This document shows, one piece after another, positions 32,831-43,916 of a DNA stretch of 64,000 nucleotides. The notes beneath the pieces were generated by a model. That model was given only the letters and a program-made list of their open reading frames with translations, had not been told where the DNA came from and made no database searches. Source of the stretch: Pseudomonadota bacterium (GTDB lineage: Bacteria; Pseudomonadota; Gammaproteobacteria; Xanthomonadales; Xanthomonadaceae); the NCBI GenBank assembly GCA_023399815.1, contig JAEWOJ010000018.1, positions 6,454-70,453 on the forward strand, read 5' to 3'. Position 1 is the first letter of the stretch. Each line of letters begins with the position of its first letter. The position numbers and the translations under genes are program-made.

Positions 32831-32940
32831 TCCACGTTTCCGCCTGATGCCGGTTTCCGGCCGGCCGCGTTGCCTTCGCCCACAGGGGCGAGGGCGGGGC
32901 GGCCGCATGCCGGCGCCGGCCTTTCCAAGGACTTCCCCAC

Positions 32941-35900
32941 ATGGATTTTTCCCGTTTCTTCATCGACAGGCCGATCTTCGCGGCGGTGCTGTCGATCGTG
33001 ATCTTCGCCGCCGGCCTGATCTCGATCCCGATCCTGCCGATCGGCGAGTACCCGGAAGTGGTGCCGCCGTCGGTGGTGGTGCGCACGGTGTATCCGGGCG
33101 CCAATCCCCGGGTCATCGCCGAGACCGTCGCCACCCCGCTGGAAGAGGCGATCAACGGCGTCGAGGGCATGATGTACCTCAAGTCGGTCGCCGGTTCCGA
33201 TGGCGTGCTGCAGATGACCGTCACCTTCCGCCCGGGGACCGACCCGGACGCGGCCGCGGTGAAGGTGCAGAACCGCGTGGCGCAGGCGCAGGCGCGCCTG
33301 CCCGAGGACGTGCGCCGGCAGGGCGTGACCACGCAGAAGCAGTCGCCGACCTTCCTGATGGTGGTGCACCTGACCTCGCCGGAAGGCAAGTACGACACCC
33401 TGTACCTGCGCAACTACGCGCGCCTGCACGTCAAGGACGCGCTGGCGCGCATCCCGGGCGTGGGCGACGCGCAGATCTTCGGTGGCGGCGACTACGCCAT
33501 GCGCGCCTGGCTGGACCCGGACAAGGTCGCCTCGCGCGGCCTGACCGCGGGCGACGTGGTGCGCGCCATGCGCGAGCAGAACGTGCAGGTATCGGCCGGC
33601 CAGCTCGGCGCCGAGCCGCTGCCCAACAGCCAGTTCCTGACCCTGATCAACGCCCAGGGCCGGCTGAAGACCGAGCAGGAATTCGGCGACATCGTGCTCA
33701 AGAGCGGCAGCGATGGCCAGATCGTGCGCCTGTCCGACGTCGCCCGCCTGGAACTGGGTGCCGGCGACTACACCCTGCGTTCGCAGCTGGACGGCAAGAA
33801 CGCGGTCGGCATCGGCGTCTTCCAGGCGCCGGGCGCGAACGCGCTGGAAATCCGCGACGCGGTGATCCACAGCATGGACGCGATGCAGAAGACCTTCCCG
33901 GCCGACGTGAAGTACGAGGCGGTGTACGACACCACCATCTTCGTGCGTGACTCGATCAAGGCCGTGGTCTCGACCCTGCTGGAGGCCATTGCCCTGGTGG
34001 TGCTGGTGGTGATCCTGTTCCTGCAGACCTGGCGCGCCTCGATCATCCCGCTGATCGCAGTGCCGGTGTCGATCGTGGGCACCTTCGCCGCGCTGTACCT
34101 GCTGGGCTTCTCGATCAACACGCTGAGCCTGTTCGGGCTGGTGCTGGCGATCGGCATCGTGGTCGACGACGCGATCGTGGTGGTGGAGAACGTCGAGCGC
34201 AACATCGAGGAAGGCCTGTCGCCGACCGCGGCCGCGCACCAGGCCATGCGCGAGGTGTCCGGGCCGATCATCGCCATCGCCCTGGTGCTGTGCGCGGTGT
34301 TCGTGCCGATGGCCTTCCTGTCCGGCGTCACCGGTCAGTTCTACAAGCAGTTCGCGGTGACCATCGCCATCTCCACGGTGATCTCGGCGATCAACTCGCT
34401 GACCCTGTCGCCGGCGCTGGCCGCGCGCCTGCTCAAGGCCCATGGCGCGCCGAAGGACGGCCCGAGCCGACTGATCGAGCGCCTGTTCGGCTGGGTGTTC
34501 CGCCCGTTCAACCGCTTCTTCAAGTCCAGCTCGGAGAAGTACGAGCGCGGCGTGGCGCGCATCCTCGGCCGCCGCGGCGCGGTGTTCGTGGTCTATGCGG
34601 TGCTGCTGTTCGGCACCGGCCTGGTCTTCAAGCTGGTGCCGCCGGGCTTCATCCCGACCCAGGACAAGCTGTACCTGATCGCCGGCGTGAAGCTGCCGGA
34701 AGGCGCGTCGATCGCGCGCACCGACGAGATGCTGCGCAAGGTGGCGAAGATCGCCCAGGAAACCGACGGCGTGGCCCACACCATCTCGTTCCCGGGCCTG
34801 AACGCGCTGCAGTTCACCAACACCCCGAACACCGGCGTGGCCTTCATCCCGCTCAAGCCGTTCAACGAGCGCCATGGCCGCAGCGCCGCGCAGATCAATG
34901 CCGAGATCAACCAGAAGATCGCCGGCCTGCAGGAGGGCTTCGCGTTCGCGATGATGCCGCCGCCGATCCTCGGCCTGGGCAACGGCAACGGCTACCAGAT
35001 GTTCATCGAGGACCGCGGCAACCTCGGCTACGGCGCGTTGCAGAACGCGGTGCAGGCGATGCAGGGTGCGGTCGCGCAGACCCCGGGCATGGCCTTCCCG
35101 ATCACCAGCTACCAGGCCAACGTGCCGCAGCTGGACGCGGAGGTGGACCGGGTCAAGGCCAAGGCGCAGGGCGTGCAGCTGACCGAGCTGTTCGACACCC
35201 TGCAGACCTACCTGGGCTCGGCCTACGTCAACGACTTCAACCAGTTCGGCCGCACCTGGCAGGTGATCGCCCAGGCCGACGGCCCGTTCCGCGGGAGCGT
35301 GGAGGACATCGGCAAGCTGCGTACCCGCAACGACCGTGGCGAGATGGTGCCGATCGGTTCGATGGTCACCATCAGGCAGACCTACGGCCCGGACCCGGTG
35401 CTGCGCTTCAACGGCTACCCGGCCGCCGACCTGGCCGGCGAGGCCGACCCGCGAATGCTGTCCTCGGCCGAGGCGATGAACAAGCTGACCGAGATCGCCG
35501 GGCAGGTGCTGCCGGTGGGCATGACCACCGAGTGGACCGACCTGAGCTACCAGCAGGCCACCCAGGGCAAGGCCGCCTTCATCGTGTTCCCGGTGGCGAT
35601 CCTGCTGGCCTTCCTGGTGCTGGCCGCGCTGTACGAGAGCTGGTCGCTGCCGCTGGCGGTGATCCTGATCGTGCCGATGACCCTGCTGTCGGCGCTGTTC
35701 GGGGTGTGGCTGACCGGCGGCGACAACAACGTGTTCGTGCAGGTCGGCCTGGTGGTGCTGATGGGCCTGGCGTGCAAGAACGCGATCCTGATCGTCGAGT
35801 TCGCCCGCGAAATGGAGATGGGCGGCAAGGGTATCGTCGAAGCCGCGCTGGAGGCCTGCCGCCTGCGCCTGCGCCCGATCGTGATGACCTCCATCGCGTT

Positions 35901-36111
35901 CATCGCCGGCACGGTGCCGCTGGTGCTCTCGCACGGCGCGGGCGCCGAGGTGCGCAGCGTCACCGGCATCACCGTGTTCGCCGGCATGCTGGGCGTGACC
36001 CTGTTCGGCCTGTTCCTGACCCCGGTGTTCTACGTGGCGCTGCGCAAGCTGGTGACCCGCAACGGCGGCGGCCAGCTGGTGCGCCACGGCGAGCCGACCC
36101 TCCACCACTGA
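32941..36111 (+). CDS. smeW: RND efflux transporter (SmeW/MexF-like)
   Basis: 1056 aa; FFIDRPIFA, IGIVVDDAIVVVEN, KNAILIVEFA, RLRPIVMTS. Confidence 0.9.
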   Translation: MDFSRFFIDRPIFAAVLSIVIFAAGLISIPILPIGEYPEVVPPSVVVRTVYPGANPRVIAETVATPLEEAINGVEGMMYLKSVAGSDGVLQMTVTFRPGTDPDAAAVKVQNRVAQAQARLPEDVRRQGVTTQKQSPTFLMVVHLTSPEGKYDTLYLRNYARLHVKDALARIPGVGDAQIFGGGDYAMRAWLDPDKVASRGLTAGDVVRAMREQNVQVSAGQLGAEPLPNSQFLTLINAQGRLKTEQEFGDIVLKSGSDGQIVRLSDVARLELGAGDYTLRSQLDGKNAVGIGVFQAPGANALEIRDAVIHSMDAMQKTFPADVKYEAVYDTTIFVRDSIKAVVSTLLEAIALVVLVVILFLQTWRASIIPLIAVPVSIVGTFAALYLLGFSINTLSLFGLVLAIGIVVDDAIVVVENVERNIEEGLSPTAAAHQAMREVSGPIIAIALVLCAVFVPMAFLSGVTGQFYKQFAVTIAISTVISAINSLTLSPALAARLLKAHGAPKDGPSRLIERLFGWVFRPFNRFFKSSSEKYERGVARILGRRGAVFVVYAVLLFGTGLVFKLVPPGFIPTQDKLYLIAGVKLPEGASIARTDEMLRKVAKIAQETDGVAHTISFPGLNALQFTNTPNTGVAFIPLKPFNERHGRSAAQINAEINQKIAGLQEGFAFAMMPPPILGLGNGNGYQMFIEDRGNLGYGALQNAVQAMQGAVAQTPGMAFPITSYQANVPQLDAEVDRVKAKAQGVQLTELFDTLQTYLGSAYVNDFNQFGRTWQVIAQADGPFRGSVEDIGKLRTRNDRGEMVPIGSMVTIRQTYGPDPVLRFNGYPAADLAGEADPRMLSSAEAMNKLTEIAGQVLPVGMTTEWTDLSYQQATQGKAAFIVFPVAILLAFLVLAALYESWSLPLAVILIVPMTLLSALFGVWLTGGDNNVFVQVGLVVLMGLACKNAILIVEFAREMEMGGKGIVEAALEACRLRLRPIVMTSIAFIAGTVPLVLSHGAGAEVRSVTGITVFAGMLGVTLFGLFLTPVFYVALRKLVTRNGGGQLVRHGEPTLHH

Positions 36112-36181
36112 CCTGCGGTTCCGCGGTCGCCGGCCATTGCATTGGCCGGTGGCCGCTTCCTCCCACTCAAGGCATGACTCC

Positions 36182-36919
36182 ATGAACATCCAACAGAACA
36201 AGATCGCGCTGGTCACCGGCGCCACCCGCGGCATCGGTACCGAGACCGTGCGCCAGCTGGCGCAGGCCGGCGTGCACACGCTGCTGGCCGGGCGCCGGCG
36301 CGAAGCGGCGGTGGAACTGGCGCTCAAGCTGCAGGCCGACGGCCTGCCGGTGGAAGCGCTGCAGCTGGACGTCACCGACGCCGCCAGCATCGCCGAGGCG
36401 GCCGAACAGGTGCGCCAGCGCCATGGCCGCCTGGACATCCTGGTCAACAACGCCGGCATCATGATCGAGAACCCGGCGCTGGCGCCTTCGCAGCAATCGC
36501 TGGACACCTGGCGCCGCACCTTCGACACCAACGTGTACGCGCTGGTGGCGGTGACCCAGGCCTTCCTGCCGCTGCTGCGGCAGTCCAGCGCCGGGCGCAT
36601 CGTCAACGTGTCCAGCATGCTCGGCTCGCAGACCCTGCACGCCGATCCGGCCTCGGCCATCTACGACTTCAAGATCCCGGCCTACAACGCCTCCAAGGCG
36701 GCGGTGAACAGCTGGACCCTGAGCCTGGCCTACGAACTGCGCGACACGCCGATCAAGGTCAACACCGTGCACCCCGGCTACGTGAAGACCGACATGAACG
36801 CCGGCCAGGGCGAGATCGAGGTCGCCGACGGCGCGCGTTCCAGCGTGCAGATGGCGCTGATCGGCGAGGACGGCCCGAGCGGCAGCTTCACCTACCTCGG
36901 CGAGGTGCTGCCATGGTGA
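36182..36919 (+). CDS. smeU2: SDR oxidoreductase within the efflux operon (SmeU2-like)
   Basis: TGATRGIG, NNAG, YNASK; lies between the RND and OMF genes. Confidence 0.82.
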   Translation: MNIQQNKIALVTGATRGIGTETVRQLAQAGVHTLLAGRRREAAVELALKLQADGLPVEALQLDVTDAASIAEAAEQVRQRHGRLDILVNNAGIMIENPALAPSQQSLDTWRRTFDTNVYALVAVTQAFLPLLRQSSAGRIVNVSSMLGSQTLHADPASAIYDFKIPAYNASKAAVNSWTLSLAYELRDTPIKVNTVHPGYVKTDMNAGQGEIEVADGARSSVQMALIGEDGPSGSFTYLGEVLPW

Positions 36920-38334
36920 TGCGTGGCCTGGCTGTGGCCATGGCCAGCGTGCTGCTGGCCGGCTGCGTCACCGTCGGCCCGGACTACAGGGCGCCGGCGC
37001 CGGCGCCGGTCGCCCTGCAGGGCGTCGCCGCGCCGGTGTACAGCGCGCAGTCGCCGGTCGCCACCTGGTGGGCGCAGTTCGACGATCCGGTGCTGGAACA
37101 GCTGATGCACGCGGCCCTGTCGGACAACCTCGACCTGAAGGTGGCGCTGGCGCGCGTGCAGCAGGCGCGCGCGGCATTCGTCGAAAGCCGGCTGGACCAG
37201 GCGCCGCACGTGACCGCCGACGGCAGCCAGGACCGGCGTCGGCAGCCCGACCCGGCGCAGGGCGGCGAACGCGTATCCAGCGAGACCTACCAGCTCGGCT
37301 TCGACGCCGGCTGGGAGCTGGACCTGTTCGGCCGCCAGCGCCGTGCCGCGGAGGCGGCGCGCGCCGACCTGGATGCGGAATGGGCCAACCTGGCCGACGC
37401 GCAGGTGCTGGTGGCCGCCGAGGTCGCGCGCAACTACTTCGAGCTGCGCGGCACCCAGAAGCGCATCGCGGTGGCCGAACGGACCCTGCTCAACCTGCGC
37501 GAAACGCAGCAGTTGACCGAGACCCGCTGGGAACTGGGCGCGGGCAGCGAGCTGGACGTGCAGAGCAGCCGCGCGCGGCTGAAGGCGATCGAGGCCGACA
37601 TCCCGCTGTTGGACGTGGCGCAGACGCAGTCGCGGCACCGGCTCGCGGTATTGCTGGGGCAGCGCCCGGACGCGCTGGACGAACTGCTGCAGCCGCGCGA
37701 GGTGCCGGCGTTCGCCAAGGCCTTGCCGCTGGGCGACACCACCGAACTGCTGCGGCGGCGCGCCGACGTGCGTGCCGCCGAGCGTCGCCTCGCCGCGGCC
37801 ACCGCGCGGGTCGGCGTGGCCACCGCCGACCTGTTCCCGCGGTTGTCGCTGACCGGTTTCGTCGGCTTCCTCGGCGGCGATGCCAGTGGCCTGGTCAACG
37901 GCGGCAACAAGGCGTGGTCGTTGACGCCGTCGTTGAGCTGGGCGGCGTTCGACTTCGGCAGCGTGCGCGCGCGGCTGCGCGCGAGCAGGGCGCAGGCCGA
38001 CGGCGTGGCGGCCGAGTACGAGAAGACGGTGCTGCTGGCGCTGGAGGATGCCGAGAACGCGCTGGCGCGCTATGCCAGGCAGCAGGCGCGGCTGGCGATC
38101 GTCGCCGAGCAGGCGCAGGCGGCGCGGCGTGCCGAATCGCTGGCGCGGATCCGTTATCGCGAGGGCTCGGAGGACTTCCTCGCGCTGCTGGATGCGCAGC
38201 GCAACCAGCTGGCGGCCGACGATGCGCTGGCCGCCGCCGAGGCCACGGTCAACGTCAGCGTGGTCGGCGTCTACAAGGCGCTGGGCGGCTGGGGGCAGGC
38301 GTCGCCAGCGGTTGCGGTGGCCGACGCGCGTTGA
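36913..38334 (+). CDS. smeX: Outer membrane efflux lipoprotein (SmeX/OprN-like)
   Basis: LAGC lipobox, WELDLFG, YKALGGW. Confidence 0.85.
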   Translation: MVMRGLAVAMASVLLAGCVTVGPDYRAPAPAPVALQGVAAPVYSAQSPVATWWAQFDDPVLEQLMHAALSDNLDLKVALARVQQARAAFVESRLDQAPHVTADGSQDRRRQPDPAQGGERVSSETYQLGFDAGWELDLFGRQRRAAEAARADLDAEWANLADAQVLVAAEVARNYFELRGTQKRIAVAERTLLNLRETQQLTETRWELGAGSELDVQSSRARLKAIEADIPLLDVAQTQSRHRLAVLLGQRPDALDELLQPREVPAFAKALPLGDTTELLRRRADVRAAERRLAAATARVGVATADLFPRLSLTGFVGFLGGDASGLVNGGNKAWSLTPSLSWAAFDFGSVRARLRASRAQADGVAAEYEKTVLLALEDAENALARYARQQARLAIVAEQAQAARRAESLARIRYREGSEDFLALLDAQRNQLAADDALAAAEATVNVSVVGVYKALGGWGQASPAVAVADAR

Positions 38335-38538
38335 ACCTGTTCGTGGCAGGAGTGGCGTGGGGCTGGGCTTGCCCGGCCCTGGCATTGCGCCATTCCTGCC
38401 TGCGCGTAATGCCAACCGGGGAAATCCTGCCGGAGACAACGCATTCCCCTTGCTCCTACAACCGCTCCTGCGGCATTCCTGCTGGAATCGATGCGCAAAA
38501 CCGGCCTGCGCGGGTGCCCCCAATCGGGGTGGAGAACC

Positions 38539-38570
38539 AAAAGAAAGGCGGCCGATCCGGCCGCCTCTCC
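38539..38570 (-). terminator. Rho-independent terminator of the aminotransferase gene
   Basis: Minus strand GAGGCGGCCGGATCGGCCGCCTTTCTTTT. Confidence 0.75.
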
Positions 38571-38593
38571 GTATCGCAGCTGCGCGCGTCGTA

Positions 38594-40090
38594 TCAGGCC
38601 GCCTCGGCCTGCTCGCGGCGCGGGCCTTCCAGCAGGGCACGGCCGACCATGTCCACCAGCAGGTCCAGCTCGGCCTCGTCCATGCCGAAGTGCGGGGTGA
38701 AGCGCAGCGAGTTCTCGCCGCCGTGGATCACGTTGACGCCGTGCATGCGCAGCCATTCCTCGGTGGAGCCGGCGCCATAGCACTTGAACTGCGGCGCCAG
38801 CTCGCAGGAGAACAGCAGGCCGGTGCCCTGGACCTTGGTGATCAGGCCGCCGAGCCGGGCCTTGAGCGCCTCCAGCTTCCGCACCGCCTGCTCGCCGCGC
38901 AGGCGGATGTTGGCGCGCACTTCCGGCGTGAGGCGGGCGAGGGTGGCGCAGGCCACGTCCAGCGCGCGCGGGTTGGTGGTCATGGTGTTGCCGTACACGC
39001 CCTTGCGGTACAGGCTGGCGGCGTGCTCGGTGACGGCCAGCACCGACAGCGGGAACTGCGCGCCGTTCAGGGCCTTGGAGTAGGTCTCCATGTCCGGCGG
39101 GTCCAGGGTCTCGTAGCCCGGGTAATCGACGAAGGACAGGGTGCCGTGCGCGCGCAGCGCGGCCTGGATGGAGTCGATCAGCAGCAGGCTGCCGTGAGCG
39201 CGGGTCAGTTCGCGCGCCAGCCTGTAGAAGCCGGCCGGGACCGCGCGGCCCGGGTCGCCTTCGCCCATCACCGGCTCCAGGAACACCGCCTCGATGAACC
39301 AGTTGTTGGCCCTGGCGTCGTCGAACGCCTTGCGCAGCGCGGCCTCGTCGTACGGCGGAATGGCGATGACGCTGTCCTCGCCGCGGTAGCTGGCCAGGTA
39401 GCGGTCGTAGGTCTTGCGGGTCGAATCCGAGTACAGCGCCGGGCGGTCGGTGCGGCCGTGGAAGCTGCCCTTGATGACCACGCGCTTGATGGTGGCGCCG
39501 GCGTGCGCGGCGCCCGGCTCGGTCTGCAGCTTGGCGTTGATGTCGGCGATGCGCGCGGCCAGGCCGACCGCCTCGGAACCGGAGTTCAGGCACATGAAGT
39601 GCGAGAACGGACAGCCGCCGCGGCTGTGGCCGATCTCCCTGCGCAGCGCCTGCACGAAGCGGCGCTGGGCCAGGCTCGGGGTCATGATGTTGGCCATCAC
39701 CTGCGGCCTGGCCGCGGCGGCCAGCACGTCGGCCGGGGTATGGCCGAAGCCGAGCATGCCGTAGCCGCCGGCGTCGTACAGCACCGCGCCCTTGAGCGAG
39801 ACCACCCACGGGCCGCAGGCTGCCAGGGCGATGTAGGGCACCACCGCGTCGTCGGCGTAGAAGTTGACGAAGCCGGACTGCATCGCGGCGATCTGCTCCT
39901 TCTCGTCGAGGTCGAGCAGGTCGGCGGCCTCGTCCTTGATGCGGGCGTATTCGCCGGCGGCGGCCGCGATGGCGCGCACCAGGTCGGGATGGGCAGCGGC
40001 CAGGCGTTCGATGGCGGCATCGTCCAGGCCCGTGGTCAGGCGGGTGCCGGCATGCGCGCGAAGCGGGGCGAGGGGGCCGAGTACGGTCAT
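38594..40090 (-). CDS. Class III PLP-dependent aminotransferase
   Basis: NSGSEAV, SFHGRT, EPVMGEG, DSIQ, SKAL; start chosen from GGAG spacing. Confidence 0.9.
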   Translation of the reverse strand: MTVLGPLAPLRAHAGTRLTTGLDDAAIERLAAAHPDLVRAIAAAAGEYARIKDEAADLLDLDEKEQIAAMQSGFVNFYADDAVVPYIALAACGPWVVSLKGAVLYDAGGYGMLGFGHTPADVLAAAARPQVMANIMTPSLAQRRFVQALRREIGHSRGGCPFSHFMCLNSGSEAVGLAARIADINAKLQTEPGAAHAGATIKRVVIKGSFHGRTDRPALYSDSTRKTYDRYLASYRGEDSVIAIPPYDEAALRKAFDDARANNWFIEAVFLEPVMGEGDPGRAVPAGFYRLARELTRAHGSLLLIDSIQAALRAHGTLSFVDYPGYETLDPPDMETYSKALNGAQFPLSVLAVTEHAASLYRKGVYGNTMTTNPRALDVACATLARLTPEVRANIRLRGEQAVRKLEALKARLGGLITKVQGTGLLFSCELAPQFKCYGAGSTEEWLRMHGVNVIHGGENSLRFTPHFGMDEAELDLLVDMVGRALLEGPRREQAEAA

Positions 40091-40206
40091 GCTCATCTCC
40101 AGAATGTCGTGATGCATCCATTATCTGGAGATTCTGGTCATATGGCAGCTGTCATTCAGGCGAAAATCGGGTTAATTTCGTCGAATCGACGAAACGGGTC
40201 CGCGAT

Positions 40207-40638
40207 GTGAAGATTTCCCCCGCCGACGAACGCCTGCTGTCCGTGCTGCGCGAGGACGCGCGCGCTTCCACCGCGCAGATCGCGCGCCGGCTCGGGCTGT
40301 CGCGCACCACCGTGCAGAGCCGCATCGACCGGCTCGAGCAGCAGGGAGTGATCGCCGGCTACACGGTGCGCACCCACGAGGACTACGAGCAGGGGCAGGT
40401 GCGCGCGCACGTGCTGATCACCGTGCTGCCGCGGAAGATGCCGGCCGTGGTCAAGGCGCTGCGCGAGATCCCGGAGGTGCGCACCCTGCACTCGGTCAGC
40501 GGCGCGCACGACCTGGTGGCGATGGTGGTGGTGGGCGGGGTCGGCGAGATGGACGTGGTCACCGATGCCATCGGCGTCATCGACGGGGTCGAGCGCACCA
40601 CCAGCGCGATCATCCTCTCGACGAAATTCGAGCGTTGA
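40207..40638 (+). CDS. Lrp/AsnC-family regulator
   Basis: DARASTAQIARRLGLSRTTVQSRIDRLE HTH; SVSGAHDL RAM domain. Confidence 0.92.
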   Translation: MKISPADERLLSVLREDARASTAQIARRLGLSRTTVQSRIDRLEQQGVIAGYTVRTHEDYEQGQVRAHVLITVLPRKMPAVVKALREIPEVRTLHSVSGAHDLVAMVVVGGVGEMDVVTDAIGVIDGVERTTSAIILSTKFER

Positions 40639-40680
40639 CCGCCCCCGATCCGCCTGCGGGCAGCCTGTCTGCGGGCTAGC

Positions 40681-40888
40681 TGTAGGGGTGGTTGTAGGAC
40701 TGTAGGGGCGATTGTAGGAGCGACGCCAGTCGCGATGGGTCTTGCCCATTCAAATCCCCGTACAGGGATGCGCGGGCCGTTGCGGAAGGATCTGCATGCA
40801 AGCCCCTCGCGACTGGCGTCGCTCCTACAACCGCCCCAACAACAGCCCCAAGCAACGCCCCTATAAGCGCCCCTACAACCGCTCCTGC
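40681..40888. repeat. GTAG REP doublet (40714-40828) flanked by ~12 bp tandem repeats of its own ends
   Basis: TGTAGGGGTGGT/TGTAGGGGCGAT on the left; GCTCCTACAACC/GCCCCAACAACA/.../GCCCCTACAACC on the right. Confidence 0.85.
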
Positions 40889-40943
40889 GGGCGTTCGGCG
40901 GCGGCCGGTACAATGTCCGGCTCCCCCGTTCGATGCCGCGGCC

Positions 40944-43194
<2,251 letters not shown>

Positions 43195-43215
43195 GCCTGC
43201 TTCCTCAAGAATGTA

Positions 43216-43416
43216 AGCCCCTCTCCCTTTGGGGCAAGGCCGCACGGCCTGCGCGCCACTGGCGCGCGTGTGGTCGCGCGCCCACGCCGCTGGCGTGGGC
43301 CGGGGCGCGGAGCGGGGGTTGGAGTGAGGGCGACCGGAGCCCGGATGTTCAACCATCACGGACTCCGTCCGCCCCTCATCCGCCCTTCGGGCACCTTCTC
43401 CCGGGGGGGAGAAGGG
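43216..43416 (-). repeat. Composite BoxC-like element copy 6, carrying module X (~43234-43314)
   Basis: Arms and module align with copy 5. Confidence 0.88.
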
Positions 43417-43525
43417 GAGGGGGAGCGCCTTGCAATCGGCCGGGCCCGCCCCTATGGCATACTTCCCCGCTTCCCGTTTCGCGGTCCCGCCCCCGGCAGG
43501 GCCGCCCAACAGTCAAGGACACACG

Positions 43526-43855
43526 ATGAACCCGATGGCTATCCTGCTTCCCGTCGCCCAGGCCGCTCCCGCTTCGCCGGGCATGACCACCTTCCTGTTG
43601 CCGATCGCCCTGATCGCGGTCATGTACTTCCTGATGATCCGCCCGCAGATGAAGCGCCAGAAGGAACACAAGGCGATGCTGGAGAAGATCTCCAAGGGCG
43701 ACGAAGTGCTGACCAACGGCGGCATCGCCGGCGTGGTGACCGACATCGGCGACAACTTCGTCACCGTCGAAGTGGCCGACAACGTCCGCATCCGCGTGCA
43801 GAAGGGCGCCATCGGCAACGTGCTGCCCAAGGGCACGCTGAAGTCCGCCGCCTGA
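43526..43855 (+). CDS. yajC: Preprotein translocase subunit
   Basis: YFLMIRPQMKRQKEH, KGDEVLTNGGI, VLPKGT. Confidence 0.95.
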   Translation: MNPMAILLPVAQAAPASPGMTTFLLPIALIAVMYFLMIRPQMKRQKEHKAMLEKISKGDEVLTNGGIAGVVTDIGDNFVTVEVADNVRIRVQKGAIGNVLPKGTLKSAA

Positions 43856-43916
43856 GCCCCGCGTTTCCCTTCCGTCATGTCGCGGCGCCGGAACAGGCGT
43901 CGCGCAGGAACCTGCA

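Noticed and set aside
32305..36660. 1451 aa minus-strand ORF and other long antisense ORFs (e.g. 8439-11513, 244-2487, 48548-50890)
   Set aside because: Shadow frames of well-supported genes; high-GC codon bias suppresses stops and no family motifs are present
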